A stretch of 64,000 bases of DNA from contig DUKZ01000002.1 of assembly GCA_013329045.1 (NCBI GenBank), positions 30,662-94,661 on the forward strand, read 5' to 3'. Source of the DNA: Candidatus Woesearchaeota archaeon. GTDB lineage: Archaea > Nanobdellota > Nanobdellia > Woesearchaeales > UBA9989. Position numbers and translations under genes: made by a program. How positions within the stretch are numbered: the first letter of the stretch is position 1; every line of letters begins with the position of its first letter. Shown here one piece after another: positions 1 through 10,212 of the stretch. A model generated the notes under the pieces. It was not told where the DNA came from and made no database searches. It saw only the letters and a list, made by a program, of their open reading frames with translations.

Positions 1-31
1 AAGAACCCCCAATGGAGCCAGGAGGTGTGCC

Positions 32-1474
32 ATGATGGATGAACGAATAATCGACCGGATGAGTGAAAGGAAACGAAGGATAGAATACGCATTGGAGACA
101 ACGAAGGATGACAAGCTGTTTGTTGAGCGGACTAACGAAGGAAAAAGTGCACAGCTCATCAGAGAAGTCGGCCATAAATTCCTTCAAAAATCCCAGCTCC
201 ACGCATTCATTGAGCAGTTCATCACAGACAGTACGCATGAGTGGAACCTAAAGACTGCAGCCGCAAAATTCGCTGAACTCAAAGAAAGAAAGCTGGCTGA
301 TGAGTTAACAAGAATCGGACAGGAACTGCAGCATCATGGCGGGGAGCATAGTCATGAGGGGATGAAGCGGCTGCTGGAACTAACAGCGGTTATTAGAGAG
401 TTCAGGCCTGTTCAGGATGTCCAGGGAAGGACATTCTCCTGTCCTGCGCATATCACGAATGAGCAAGAGATGGCTCAGTTGATCGAGTGGGTACAGGCAG
501 TAGATAATCTCGTTGAGGGCGTCTTTGCGCACCAGGAATTGCAGCGGCTCCAGAGAGAAGGAACAAAGATCAGGGAAAGGCTCAGGCATCTTGTCGGGAT
601 GCCAAAAGAGTATGAAACGTTGAAGAACCAGCTCCATGGCCTTCGCCAAGCTTGTGAATATATCCTGAAAGTTCCTCCAGATGCAGGTAACCAACAGCTC
701 ACGCTCATGTGGAATTACGTGTTGAATGTCACGAGTAATCCAAAAAGGCTTGCTGAGTCAGTAAGAAAAGTCAATGGCACGTATGTTGATGAGATCAAAA
801 AAAGGGTTGCGGGGCACATTGAGCAGGCGGAAGTGATGCATAATGATATCCATGGATGGTATAAGCTGATCATGGGAATCATCGAACAAGAACTGAGTTA
901 TCCTCGGATGCAAGAATATCTTCAGAAGGAGATGATGGAGACTATCGCCCATGCTATAGAGATCGAGACAAAGAACACCGTGCGCTTAAGGGATGAGATT
1001 ACTCACTTATCGACGGGAAGGCTAGAAGAGATTGAAAAACAGCGAAAGAAAACACTTGAAGGGAATGAGAAGCGTTTGAGAGATCTCAATCAGGTAGCAG
1101 GAAAAGCAGTGGAAAAGGGAGAGGCAGCGTCCCATGGTTTCTTTGATCTAATAACATCACTAAATACTGTCGAGCAAGCGCAGGCAGCCCGTCAGCAGAT
1201 GTTAGAGAGTGAAAAGGCCATCGCTGGTGAAATATATCATCTATTTGAGAAATTTTTGGAAGTGACGCCAGAAGAACAAGAGAAAATGATAGAGAGGATT
1301 GATCAATTAATGGGTCAGGTATCTGAGATTCGTACAAAGGTCATAGAGATTGATGAGCGAGGCTTAGAGCTAGCTCAGGTAGTAAAAGAGAGGGGGATAA
1401 AAGTTGAACAAACTGCAAATGCAGCTGAACCAGCAATGGATGCTATCGAAGACTTGGAGAGAAAAGCAGCCTGA
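32..1474 (+). CDS. Hypothetical alpha-helical, charged (E/K/R/Q-rich) coiled-coil protein, 480 aa
   Basis: Long ORF with GGAGGTG Shine-Dalgarno 6 nt before ATG at 32; no recognisable catalytic motif; composition typical of coiled-coil. Confidence 0.5.
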   Translation: MMDERIIDRMSERKRRIEYALETTKDDKLFVERTNEGKSAQLIREVGHKFLQKSQLHAFIEQFITDSTHEWNLKTAAAKFAELKERKLADELTRIGQELQHHGGEHSHEGMKRLLELTAVIREFRPVQDVQGRTFSCPAHITNEQEMAQLIEWVQAVDNLVEGVFAHQELQRLQREGTKIRERLRHLVGMPKEYETLKNQLHGLRQACEYILKVPPDAGNQQLTLMWNYVLNVTSNPKRLAESVRKVNGTYVDEIKKRVAGHIEQAEVMHNDIHGWYKLIMGIIEQELSYPRMQEYLQKEMMETIAHAIEIETKNTVRLRDEITHLSTGRLEEIEKQRKKTLEGNEKRLRDLNQVAGKAVEKGEAASHGFFDLITSLNTVEQAQAARQQMLESEKAIAGEIYHLFEKFLEVTPEEQEKMIERIDQLMGQVSEIRTKVIEIDERGLELAQVVKERGIKVEQTANAAEPAMDAIEDLERKAA

Positions 1475-2932
1475 TCACGTAAGGCGTTGCTGGCCGAATT
1501 GTTCCATGATTGATTCTAGCCCCTTTGAAAATGCACGAAAATCATCGCTTCTCATGGTATTTGTAAGCCCAGGGATCTGGTCTTGTGGGACTCCTGCTTG
1601 TTGGAGCTGACCAGAAAGTTCTTCCTGCAATTCTCTGAATCTTTCATCAAAGAGCTGATCCCTATATACCTGTGCCTGGAGAGGATTGGAGCTCAATAAT
1701 GATTGGTACTGATCATTCCTGTCAATTTCATGTTCAATGCCTGAGACGACAACGCCTAGTTGTTGGTAGAGTGGTTGTTGGAGGAGTGCATCAAAATCTC
1801 TTCGATCCATAAACGGCTCGACATGGGATGAATATGCTTGATCAACTATGCCGACAGGAACTTGAATCTCGCGAGGGTCGGGGTGTGATGCATCCCTAAG
1901 AGGGGAAGGTCCACGTTGAGGCGCTAAAGAGTGGAGCGCCTGCTCATAGAAGGGCGTATCCCTTGACGTCGCGTGCTGCTGAAGTTTTTGTAATCGTAAT
2001 TGTCGTATTGAAGACGCCCTTTTTGGTCGTCTGACATTCAGAGCATGTTTTCTTGGGATGTCTCGAAGGGATGCAAAATCAGGCCGTTCAAAAAGGTCAA
2101 TATTGGTATATCGGGCTTCTCCCCTTCTTAATTCAACGATACCAGCGCGTCCTTCCTCTGCATATGAGGCATCATAATGGAGGGATCGTGAAAATGTTCC
2201 GGGAGGAACATGATTCTCATTTGCATCATGTGCATAGCCAGCCCATTCATGGATATGGCCGCAGACGGCAACAGAAATGTTTTTTAGAGCAAAAAGGGTA
2301 TACAGGTCAAGGCTCCCAGAGTTTCGATAGCCGGCAAGCGCTGATGCATCAATGGCATCGCTCGTCTCAAACATCATGGGTTCATGGCATATTGCGATAG
2401 TAGGCTTTGTATCACTGAGAGTATCAACAATGTCTTCGATGTTATGGTACGTGATGAGCCCCTGTGCCTGGTTGTTTCTCACTAATCTCTGATAATCCTG
2501 AACAGTTTCAACTCGTGTCGCTCCCCCCTGTGTCTTGGCATACCAGCCGCTTGGCGCGTCTGTTCCAAATCGAAAGTCTCCATCCATATGTGATCCAGGC
2601 AGCAAAAGAATGTCTTGTTCGTCTCCATGAAGAACTGTCGGTGAGAAGATGCCATGGACACGGTCATAACGTTCATCACAAAAATCGATTATTGGATAGA
2701 GCGCTTCAAAGGAATCATGGTTTCCGGGCATGACATATGTTTCAAGGCCGCTCAGGAGAACAGCTTCCATGACATAGGTAATGCTATCCCGTGCTTCTGC
2801 CTCGGACATTCCCATGTCCATCAGATCTCCATTAAGGACCAGCGTATCTACCCCGCTTTTTTTCATCTCTTCAAGAAGATAAGGCACCAAATATGGTCTT
2901 TTGTGTATATCTGAGATGACACCGATTTTCAT
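1475..2932 (-). CDS. Calcineurin-like metallophosphoesterase with about 190-aa C-terminal extension of unknown function
   Basis: N-terminal motifs ISDIHKRP, LNGDLMDMG, GNHD (MPP signature D-x-H, GD, GNHD/E); converges on and abuts the stop of the upstream ORF. Confidence 0.7.
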   Translation of the reverse strand: MKIGVISDIHKRPYLVPYLLEEMKKSGVDTLVLNGDLMDMGMSEAEARDSITYVMEAVLLSGLETYVMPGNHDSFEALYPIIDFCDERYDRVHGIFSPTVLHGDEQDILLLPGSHMDGDFRFGTDAPSGWYAKTQGGATRVETVQDYQRLVRNNQAQGLITYHNIEDIVDTLSDTKPTIAICHEPMMFETSDAIDASALAGYRNSGSLDLYTLFALKNISVAVCGHIHEWAGYAHDANENHVPPGTFSRSLHYDASYAEEGRAGIVELRRGEARYTNIDLFERPDFASLRDIPRKHALNVRRPKRASSIRQLRLQKLQQHATSRDTPFYEQALHSLAPQRGPSPLRDASHPDPREIQVPVGIVDQAYSSHVEPFMDRRDFDALLQQPLYQQLGVVVSGIEHEIDRNDQYQSLLSSNPLQAQVYRDQLFDERFRELQEELSGQLQQAGVPQDQIPGLTNTMRSDDFRAFSKGLESIMEQFGQQRLT

Positions 2933-3394
2933 ATCTACACCTTTTTATTACTGTCTAGTAGTGTTCATAATATATAAAGATATCGGTGCAAGGTAGGTTT
3001 TATTCATTATTTTTGAATATAACAGTATAGACTTATCAACAATGCATCATTTGAATATAGTAAAGACTTATCTATACTAAATATAATTTTATTCATTATA
3101 ATTGAATAATAAACTGAAAAAGATTTGGTTTATTATATTATTTTTTTATATAGTTATTTATTATTTCTTAATATTAAATCATCTAAATTATCATTTATTC
3201 ATATTATTTATATAATAAACAAGAAGAAAAAAACAAAAAATCATAGATTATATAAATTAAAAAAGTTATCATTCATTTTATAAAAATAGATATACTACAA
3301 AAACCTACACTAACCGGCAAATTTATATAGTAGTATTCAAATAAAACATATAAAGATACTAAAATACTAAAAGAGGATTTAATATACTGAATAC
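2933..3394. promoter_or_regulatory. About 460-bp strongly AT-rich divergent intergenic region with imperfect direct repeats
   Basis: Very low GC relative to flanks; repeated TTATTCATTAT, TTTGAATATA(N)AGTA(W)AGACTTATC copies about 38 bp apart (3013-3040 and 3051-3076); separates divergent gene starts at 2932 and 3395. Confidence 0.4.
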
Positions 3395-3931
3395 ATGTTC
3401 AGTAAAAACACACTAAAGGTTATAGAATTTTTCGCTCGTCACCGTACTGAGAAGTTTAACATCAACCAGCTCGCAAGGACGCTAAAGATATCTCCTGGTT
3501 CTTCCCACACAATTCTCAAGGAGCTCGAAGAAAACACGATCGTTCGCTATGAGAAATGGGGCAACCAATTATTCTACCAGCTCAATCTCGAAGACAAGAA
3601 AGCAAGGAAGCTTGTCGAATTGGTCCTCATCATTGACAAAGAGCAAAGGGAGAAGGGCGCATTCAGGGACCTGGAAAAGATTGATGCTGATTGCATCGTT
3701 GTCTTTGACAAGCTCCAGAAATCAACGCTCGCCTTAATCATCGCAGAAAAGATTCTGCATGAGAAGATCAAAGCAAAACTTCCGGCAAATGTTGATCCAA
3801 TCATCCTCACCCTGGATGATGCGAAAGAAAAGTTGCGCTCAAAAGAAAAGACTATTGTCCAGCTGCTCGAATCAGGCATTGTCCTTGAGGGTGAAAACAT
3901 CGTAGTGGAGGTGATGGCCGGTGTTCAATAA
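3395..3931 (+). CDS. Winged-helix DNA-binding protein fused to degenerate minimal nucleotidyltransferase-like domain
   Basis: N-terminal wHTH-like segment (INQLARTLKISPGSSHTILKELEENTIV); overall architecture parallels the wHTH-MNT protein at 25726 but GS...DxD motif not conserved. Confidence 0.45.
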   Translation: MFSKNTLKVIEFFARHRTEKFNINQLARTLKISPGSSHTILKELEENTIVRYEKWGNQLFYQLNLEDKKARKLVELVLIIDKEQREKGAFRDLEKIDADCIVVFDKLQKSTLALIIAEKILHEKIKAKLPANVDPIILTLDDAKEKLRSKEKTIVQLLESGIVLEGENIVVEVMAGVQ

Positions 3932-4385
3932 GCCAATCCTCTGGACAAGTATCTTGTTCCTGATTATCAATCCAGCACTAGGATTTAATCCAAACACTGT
4001 TATGGAAAGCTTGCAAGACCTCATCATTGGCGGCTTTGCAAGGAATCCTGATATCTGGTCGTTCATCGGATTTTTCTTCCTGCTCTTTTCCGCGTTCATC
4101 TTAGCGGGAGGAAAAGCATTCGCTCACTTCCAGAACAAGAACGCTGTCATTGGGATAGCATTCACGCTGGCAGCAATTGGCGCATTAGGGCTAGTCAAGA
4201 TGGGGATAGCAATAGACATCCTCTTCCCCTGGATCAGGAACTTTGTCTATGTATTGCTCTTCATAGTCATCTTTGTCTTCACATCAACGATCATGGGCAA
4301 TGATGCGCCGGTGATAAAGAAAGGAATCGTCGCATTGGTAATTACCTTGTTGCTGGCAATAATAGAGCAGGTGGTGATCGGATGA
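3921..4385 (+). CDS. Polytopic membrane protein, paralog A (154 aa)
   Basis: GTG start 5 nt after GGAGGTGA SD; hydrophobic; shares the motif FIL(A/S)AFILAGGK.FA..NKNA.IG.A......VKMGI.I.FPWI(R/K)NFVYV with the next gene. Confidence 0.55.
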   Translation: MFNKPILWTSILFLIINPALGFNPNTVMESLQDLIIGGFARNPDIWSFIGFFFLLFSAFILAGGKAFAHFQNKNAVIGIAFTLAAIGALGLVKMGIAIDILFPWIRNFVYVLLFIVIFVFTSTIMGNDAPVIKKGIVALVITLLLAIIEQVVIG

Positions 4386-5524
4386 AGAAGAAGACGCTCA
4401 TCATCATCGTGGCAATCTTGTTCATCTGCAGCATAGCAGCTCCAGTTATTGCAGCAAAGATCACCATTGGAAGTGTTGGCGGCGCTTTTGGGAATGTCTT
4501 TACCAAGATGTCCCAGTTCTTTGCCGGCGGCTATGTGAAATTTAAGAAATTGATAGACTTCACTCTCTTTTTCATCCTCTTCCTCTCAGCGTTCATTTTG
4601 GCATTTGGCAAGTTCTTTGCTGACTACCCAAACAAGAATGCCATTATTGGAGTGGCTGTTGGCCTGGCATTGATGGGTTCAATGGTCATGGTCATGAAAG
4701 GTATTGGCATCGAGATGATTTTCCCCTGGATCAAGAATTTTGTGTATGTTATATTGGTGGTTATCATCTTCCAGCTTTTGTCCAATGAGAAACTGCTTGG
4801 CGGCAAGTCATGGTTCTGGAGATTGCTCCTGGCTATCATCATCACCTGGCTGATGTTCGTGCTCGGTGGAAGTCTTGTGAGGGGTGGAGGGGATATTGGA
4901 TCAGCATTGAGCAACCCTTTCAGCATTTTTAGGCCGGGAGCCGGGCCAGCTCCCCAGCTCTCACAGTCGCCCGCAAATGCGCAGGCAGCATTTGTGGAGT
5001 ACAAAGCAAGAGAAGACAAGCTTGCAAAGCAGGCGCAAGAGCTTGCAGCTGCAGTCAGTGGCGGCAGTACAGGGAAGTGTGGTGAACTCAAAAGACTGAC
5101 AGTACAAAAGCAGCAGGTATGTGTTGAACGTGTCTTTGCCCAGGCAGAAGCATATGCAGTCAATGAGCAGCATGACAACGCTGTTTCAGAGTATAATAAT
5201 ATCGGGAAGAACATCCAGTCGATGTGTGCTGACACCTCATTGAACGGTGTCCTTGCATCGAAATGCAACACACAAGTCGGCCTGGAGCTGAGTGCGCAGG
5301 ACTGGAACAAGATAAGCAATCGCTTGACAAGAGAATTGATCGCATATTCATATATTTTGGAAAAGCAGGGGCAGACCCAGCAGGCAATTGCGTTGCTGCA
5401 GCCGTATAGCGGAGCATTCTATTCGCAAAGTTCTCCCCATACAAATTCAGCTACTTTAGGGACTAAGGGAACCGGTGGATCTGCAAATCTGCCTTCAGGC
5501 CCTGCAGAATACCGATCAAAATAG
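4382..5524 (+). CDS. Polytopic membrane protein, paralog B with about 200-aa Cys-containing C-terminal soluble domain
   Basis: ATGA overlap with previous gene; N-terminal half paralogous to 3921-4385 product; C-terminal region hydrophilic with several Cys. Confidence 0.55.
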   Translation: MKKKTLIIIVAILFICSIAAPVIAAKITIGSVGGAFGNVFTKMSQFFAGGYVKFKKLIDFTLFFILFLSAFILAFGKFFADYPNKNAIIGVAVGLALMGSMVMVMKGIGIEMIFPWIKNFVYVILVVIIFQLLSNEKLLGGKSWFWRLLLAIIITWLMFVLGGSLVRGGGDIGSALSNPFSIFRPGAGPAPQLSQSPANAQAAFVEYKAREDKLAKQAQELAAAVSGGSTGKCGELKRLTVQKQQVCVERVFAQAEAYAVNEQHDNAVSEYNNIGKNIQSMCADTSLNGVLASKCNTQVGLELSAQDWNKISNRLTRELIAYSYILEKQGQTQQAIALLQPYSGAFYSQSSPHTNSATLGTKGTGGSANLPSGPAEYRSK

Positions 5525-5525
5525 G

Positions 5526-7868
5526 ATGAGAAACAAAACATTATCCGGACTGTGTCTGTTGATGATAGTGGTACTGCTTTCATCCCCAGTATTTGGCCAG
5601 GCATTAACTGATCGTGCTCAGGGTGATGTCTATACTAATCCTACATTACGCACCCCCCCACCAGTTGATGCACCTGGTGGAGCAGGATATGTATCACCCT
5701 CAGCAATCACTCTCGAGCAGGGTGACAAGAATCAGATTGATCAGCGGCTCAGTGCTTTATACATGAAGGCAGGAGATGAGTTTGTAGCAGCTGGACAGGC
5801 AGGGTTGGCGAATGATATGTATAAGAAGGTAACGGAGGTAGATCCCAATTCTCCCATGGCTCAGCAGAAATATTATGATACGATGGGTGATGTGGCGCCG
5901 GAGGCATCAGAATGCGAGTATCATTGTCAGATCAGGCTTAGGGGCAAACATAAGTGGAAGTGCATCATTCCAGAAGGGAAAAATACGCCAATATGGTTGC
6001 AAATCGACAGCGCAGAGGTAAAAGACCATTTCTACACTGACCCTTACACTTGTACTGTGGGTTCATGGGTGAGAAATCAGGGAGCAGGTGCAGGGAATCA
6101 GACAAGACGGCATCCGTTGGGATTGATGTTAATCATATTATTCATTATAGTGGGGATGTTCCAGAGGGGGAGAATGAATCTTGGCGTTTATGGAAACTGG
6201 CTTCTGGACATTCCTGGAAGATTTAATGCATCAGTGAGAAGAGCCTTTAATTGCCAGACAGTTGGAGAGGCTAAGGTGTTTTTAACTATTAAACCTGTAA
6301 GTATTCCCGGTATGGAATCACGCGCAGGAGAGATTTCAGGAAGGCGTTTAAAGTTCCACGCTCAGACCCCCCAACAAAGTATGAAACCTCATAATGAACC
6401 AAGAATCAGCTCTGTTACATGTTCTGCTGAAGTTAAGGTTCCACTTCATGGTCAATACGAACCGCTCCATAGGTTTCTGCGCGCAGATGAAGAAAGGGTC
6501 CGGAGAGCAATTAGGGGAAGAAGAACAATAGGTGGGAATGGAGGAACAAGCCTTCGGCGTGTAATTGACCATAATAACAGGATTCTCAGAGCCGCATCAG
6601 GCGCATCACCGACTTTATCAACCGATGTGAATGCACTTGAGGCAGCAGTTGAACTTGGCCTGGGACCGGCAACTGATGCCAACCCTCATATATCGCCAAG
6701 AGAGATATCCAGAGTGGTCAACCACGCCGTTGATTTGTTGGATCTGCCTGGAAATCCTAGCTCTCAGATTACACCTGCTGCCTTGCAGGCCGCAGTCGAA
6801 GCCGAAGCACAGAATTTTGCCAGAGAGGGGCATGTTCCAAGGAGACGGGTTATCATGCCAGATACGGATATCCATTTTGGAATTCAGGGTGAAGAAGGTG
6901 CAGGTATCTATTATCGTTCAGACGTCCATTGGGAATTCCTCAACCCTGACGGATCAAACGAAGCGACACCAGGCTCACAGCAAAGACTGTCAGGAACAAG
7001 ATTGAGGAATGTCATTGAGAATACAAGGCATCTTGTTTATCCAGAGGCAGTCCCTCTAAGCGAAGAATCAACTGCCAGGGCAGTCTTTGTCCCCAACTTT
7101 GGAATGGAAGACAAGGAGATCACACTCTCAGCAAGATATGCAAAATATACCGGCACAGCAAACTTATTCATCAGGCAGCATGACACCATCAAAATCAATA
7201 GTTTGTCTGTCGGATCTACTGCTTTACTGGTAGCAAATCCTGCTGAACCGATCTTTGAGATTAGACCAAGCGGCTCTGAGCGTGTCCATGTCCATGTGGA
7301 AGTGACAAACAATAAGACAGAAAAATCGGTGCAAGCGCTCGTTTACTTCAAGGTTGAATCTGGAACGACAACCGATGGGCGGCCTTACATGTTCAACCCC
7401 GGATGGTTTGAGCACGATACCGCCACAACAGCAGTTGGAGGGGGTAAAGTTGGGCAAACAGAAGGTGTATATCTTCTTTCACCGGATAGCAACAGGCTGT
7501 CAAACGTAAGGATCCCGAGGGGATTGGTATTCCCAGCTGATAAAGACGCATGGAATGCTGCTTTCGCGGCCATCGAAGAAGAAAAACGAAAGGATATGGG
7601 GACCTACAGTTCACTAAGCTCTGCACAAAGAAGAGACCTGCTATCATACCTCAACAAAAACAATATTATGGTGAATTTATCAATTGATTATGATGAGTTC
7701 TGGGATAAAGACAAGAACCCATATCACGTCACCCTCATCGCTTATTCAGGTAATATCTCAGAGACTCATGCACATCTCAGGTTCACAAACAAGGGTACTG
7801 GCAGCCAACAGCCGCCAACAACAACGATACGGGTCGCCCCCTACCAGCCCCAAAATAACATACCATGA
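5526..7868 (+). CDS. Large secreted/membrane-anchored protein of unknown function (about 780 aa)
   Basis: Start MRNKTLSGLCLLMIVVLLSSPVFGQA looks like a signal peptide; internal TM segment (LGLMLIILFIIVGMF); alternative upstream in-frame start at 5475 overlaps previous gene. Confidence 0.55.
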   Translation: MRNKTLSGLCLLMIVVLLSSPVFGQALTDRAQGDVYTNPTLRTPPPVDAPGGAGYVSPSAITLEQGDKNQIDQRLSALYMKAGDEFVAAGQAGLANDMYKKVTEVDPNSPMAQQKYYDTMGDVAPEASECEYHCQIRLRGKHKWKCIIPEGKNTPIWLQIDSAEVKDHFYTDPYTCTVGSWVRNQGAGAGNQTRRHPLGLMLIILFIIVGMFQRGRMNLGVYGNWLLDIPGRFNASVRRAFNCQTVGEAKVFLTIKPVSIPGMESRAGEISGRRLKFHAQTPQQSMKPHNEPRISSVTCSAEVKVPLHGQYEPLHRFLRADEERVRRAIRGRRTIGGNGGTSLRRVIDHNNRILRAASGASPTLSTDVNALEAAVELGLGPATDANPHISPREISRVVNHAVDLLDLPGNPSSQITPAALQAAVEAEAQNFAREGHVPRRRVIMPDTDIHFGIQGEEGAGIYYRSDVHWEFLNPDGSNEATPGSQQRLSGTRLRNVIENTRHLVYPEAVPLSEESTARAVFVPNFGMEDKEITLSARYAKYTGTANLFIRQHDTIKINSLSVGSTALLVANPAEPIFEIRPSGSERVHVHVEVTNNKTEKSVQALVYFKVESGTTTDGRPYMFNPGWFEHDTATTAVGGGKVGQTEGVYLLSPDSNRLSNVRIPRGLVFPADKDAWNAAFAAIEEEKRKDMGTYSSLSSAQRRDLLSYLNKNNIMVNLSIDYDEFWDKDKNPYHVTLIAYSGNISETHAHLRFTNKGTGSQQPPTTTIRVAPYQPQNNIP

Positions 7869-9169
7869 GTACGCAAGAGAAAAACGGATCGAGAACCCAG
7901 ATAGCCGGCCCAGAGATATTTATCCTGTCCGAAGGGCAAAACCCAACTGAGGCAAAAGCAGCAATAATCAATCTAAGGGATTTATTGATGAGACGTATCG
8001 CAGGAACAAGAATGCAGGTGACGAATGTTCGCAGAAAAATGCAAGATGCTCCACGACGAGCAGATCACAAACAATTTCAAGAATTAGAAGAAGGCCTGAA
8101 AAAACTCGAAGAAACGTATGAAAAAGAGGCTCCAGAGATACTGCAACGAATGATTACAGCTGCTGAAAAAGGAGAATTTGAAACATGCGTAAGGCTCTAT
8201 GAGTATGATTTACGAGAGGTTATCAATAAGGCAAAGCACGCCGGCCCGGTAATAAATATGGCGTACGCAACAATCGAAAAGCATATGAGAGTATTAGAAA
8301 AGATAAAGAAAAAACAAGATTTAACGACAGAAGACATCAACTACTTAATTGATAATCTTGGTCCTGACCACCCTCATTTATGGGACCATTACCTCCATGC
8401 TGATAATCACCCAAAAACACTTGTCTTTTCAAAGGAGCATAGCTATATGATGGATGCATTTACCATTCATGACAATCGCCCATTGCTTCATCTAAGGGGG
8501 TATCCTGTGGATAGAGGATGGATTGATATAAGAGAAATAAGCCGCTTAGCTGAAAAATTTGCCTCTTTCCAGGATCATGTGGTATTAGCAAACAGGATAA
8601 TCACCATTCACATGCTCCTGGATTTCATCCATCACCATAGGCATGATCATCGTATGGAAAAAGCACTCATCGGAAAATATATTATAAGAAAGGATCATTT
8701 TATGACACCTCAAGAGCAGATGAGGATGCCAGCAAACCTCAATCTGCCGATGATTGATGGGATACAAGAGATGCAAGGCAGGGTAGCATTCCATTTCAGC
8801 GCGGTAAGAGATATGAAAGGCCAGCTACCAATCTGGATTCCTAGCGATGCAAGGATCCTGAACTATGCGATTGCCCTTATCCAGCATGAACAAAGGATTT
8901 TCGAAGAACTCAGCAATGACACAATGGTAGGAATCCAGGGCAAGCGTCTGCACGAAGTGCTTCTCCTCGATAAGCATACAAAGCCAGCATTTGAAGTAGC
9001 TATCAATAATTTAAGAATGTGGTCGGGATCAGGGATCACATTCACAATTGAAAAAGAGCGCATCATGAGATGGATGAAACAGTATTTCCTCATTGACCAT
9101 GCAGCAGTTGATGCGAGGGCAGCACAACATGGTGAACAAATGGTCGAAGAGCATCGGAGGGCAGCTTGA
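7865..9169 (+). CDS. Hypothetical His-rich protein (434 aa)
   Basis: ATGA overlap with upstream gene stop; His-dense segment (HPHLWDHYLHADNHP...HHHRHDH) suggests possible metal binding; no known motif recognised. Confidence 0.5.
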   Translation: MSTQEKNGSRTQIAGPEIFILSEGQNPTEAKAAIINLRDLLMRRIAGTRMQVTNVRRKMQDAPRRADHKQFQELEEGLKKLEETYEKEAPEILQRMITAAEKGEFETCVRLYEYDLREVINKAKHAGPVINMAYATIEKHMRVLEKIKKKQDLTTEDINYLIDNLGPDHPHLWDHYLHADNHPKTLVFSKEHSYMMDAFTIHDNRPLLHLRGYPVDRGWIDIREISRLAEKFASFQDHVVLANRIITIHMLLDFIHHHRHDHRMEKALIGKYIIRKDHFMTPQEQMRMPANLNLPMIDGIQEMQGRVAFHFSAVRDMKGQLPIWIPSDARILNYAIALIQHEQRIFEELSNDTMVGIQGKRLHEVLLLDKHTKPAFEVAINNLRMWSGSGITFTIEKERIMRWMKQYFLIDHAAVDARAAQHGEQMVEEHRRAA

Positions 9170-10212
9170 CTGAGTGGCAGCCATCGGGAAGAGAACCCCC
9201 CTTTCTCTTGATTGGTACGAACAGGATAGAACTGACGCAAACAAGGACTGGTGTCAACGGATTTAGTGAATTAGGAGCCAGTCTCCCTGGTGGAGGGGTT
9301 ACTCTACCGGTGACAATCGATACATCAACAATGATAGACGTCAGGGTGAGAGGGTTTGTTTTCCATTCTGAAATAGGTCCTTATGCATTGTCCCGTCTCG
9401 GTACATCTGGTGCATTCGCCCATCAGGCGACATTCCAAATTGTTCCAGGGACAGATCTTTTTTTGAATCTTATTCCATGCGGAAAAATAAAGGGGGTGGT
9501 CTTTAACGCATCAAACAGAAAAACACCAGTTCCTTTGGGAAACGTTAAACTCAGAACCACCGAACGCCAAGGAGGAAGGAGGGGGGCAGTGGTATTTGAT
9601 GAGGTCATCACTAATGCTAAGGGTGAATATGAGCTTTATGTTGATCCATGGAAAAGTTACGATGTTTTGATTGATAGGACGACACACCCAGGAGATCTTC
9701 ATCCATTGTCGTCAGGAGGTATGATTGATCATAATGCATCGTTCTCATCAGAAAGCCACGTTGAGGACAATCAGCAAGCGATTCTTAATCGAGGTCCAAG
9801 AACAGCAGGGAGTGGTTGGTCAATCAAATCAGGTAACGAAGAAACCTTTAATATTTATCTCTTCCCTGCAAGTGTGCCGGTCATCACCCACCTCAATGCA
9901 GGATCAGGCGATGTGAACAATGGTTCACTTGTGGTTGAAGTCGACTCTGCCCTGGGAACAGTTGTAACGATTCAAGTGAAAGGCCACTCCTTCAAAAATC
10001 ATACTGGTTTTCAGGTAGTGAGTGGAATCAAAGTGGATTCAAGATGGTTCCCCTATACCAATGATTCTGACACTAATGGAACATTAACTATTGACTCGAC
10101 TGCTACTGAGGGTGAGTATTGGCTCATTTTAAGGAATCATATCGGGGAGGGTAGTAATCTGACGATAGCAGGAGCACCATATCATTTCACCATTAAAAAA
10201 AAAACACCATGA
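9166..10212 (+). CDS. Hypothetical beta-rich protein, possible carboxypeptidase-regulatory-like (CarbopepD_reg) domain
   Basis: TTG start overlapping upstream stop (cTTGA); segment GKIKGVVFNASNRKTPVPLGNVKL...AKGEYELYV resembles CarbopepD_reg beta-sandwich pattern. Confidence 0.4.
   Translation: MTEWQPSGREPPFLLIGTNRIELTQTRTGVNGFSELGASLPGGGVTLPVTIDTSTMIDVRVRGFVFHSEIGPYALSRLGTSGAFAHQATFQIVPGTDLFLNLIPCGKIKGVVFNASNRKTPVPLGNVKLRTTERQGGRRGAVVFDEVITNAKGEYELYVDPWKSYDVLIDRTTHPGDLHPLSSGGMIDHNASFSSESHVEDNQQAILNRGPRTAGSGWSIKSGNEETFNIYLFPASVPVITHLNAGSGDVNNGSLVVEVDSALGTVVTIQVKGHSFKNHTGFQVVSGIKVDSRWFPYTNDSDTNGTLTIDSTATEGEYWLILRNHIGEGSNLTIAGAPYHFTIKKKTP

Noticed and set aside
2933-3394. Replication origin (oriC with ORB repeats) in the AT-rich island
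   Set aside because: No orc1/cdc6 gene adjacent in the window and repeats do not resemble canonical ORB/mini-ORB closely; kept only as a regulatory or AT-island observation.
4624-5319. 231-aa minus-strand ORF antisense to membrane paralog B
   Set aside because: Nested within a coupled operon gene; Cys/Ser-rich odd composition; no start context.
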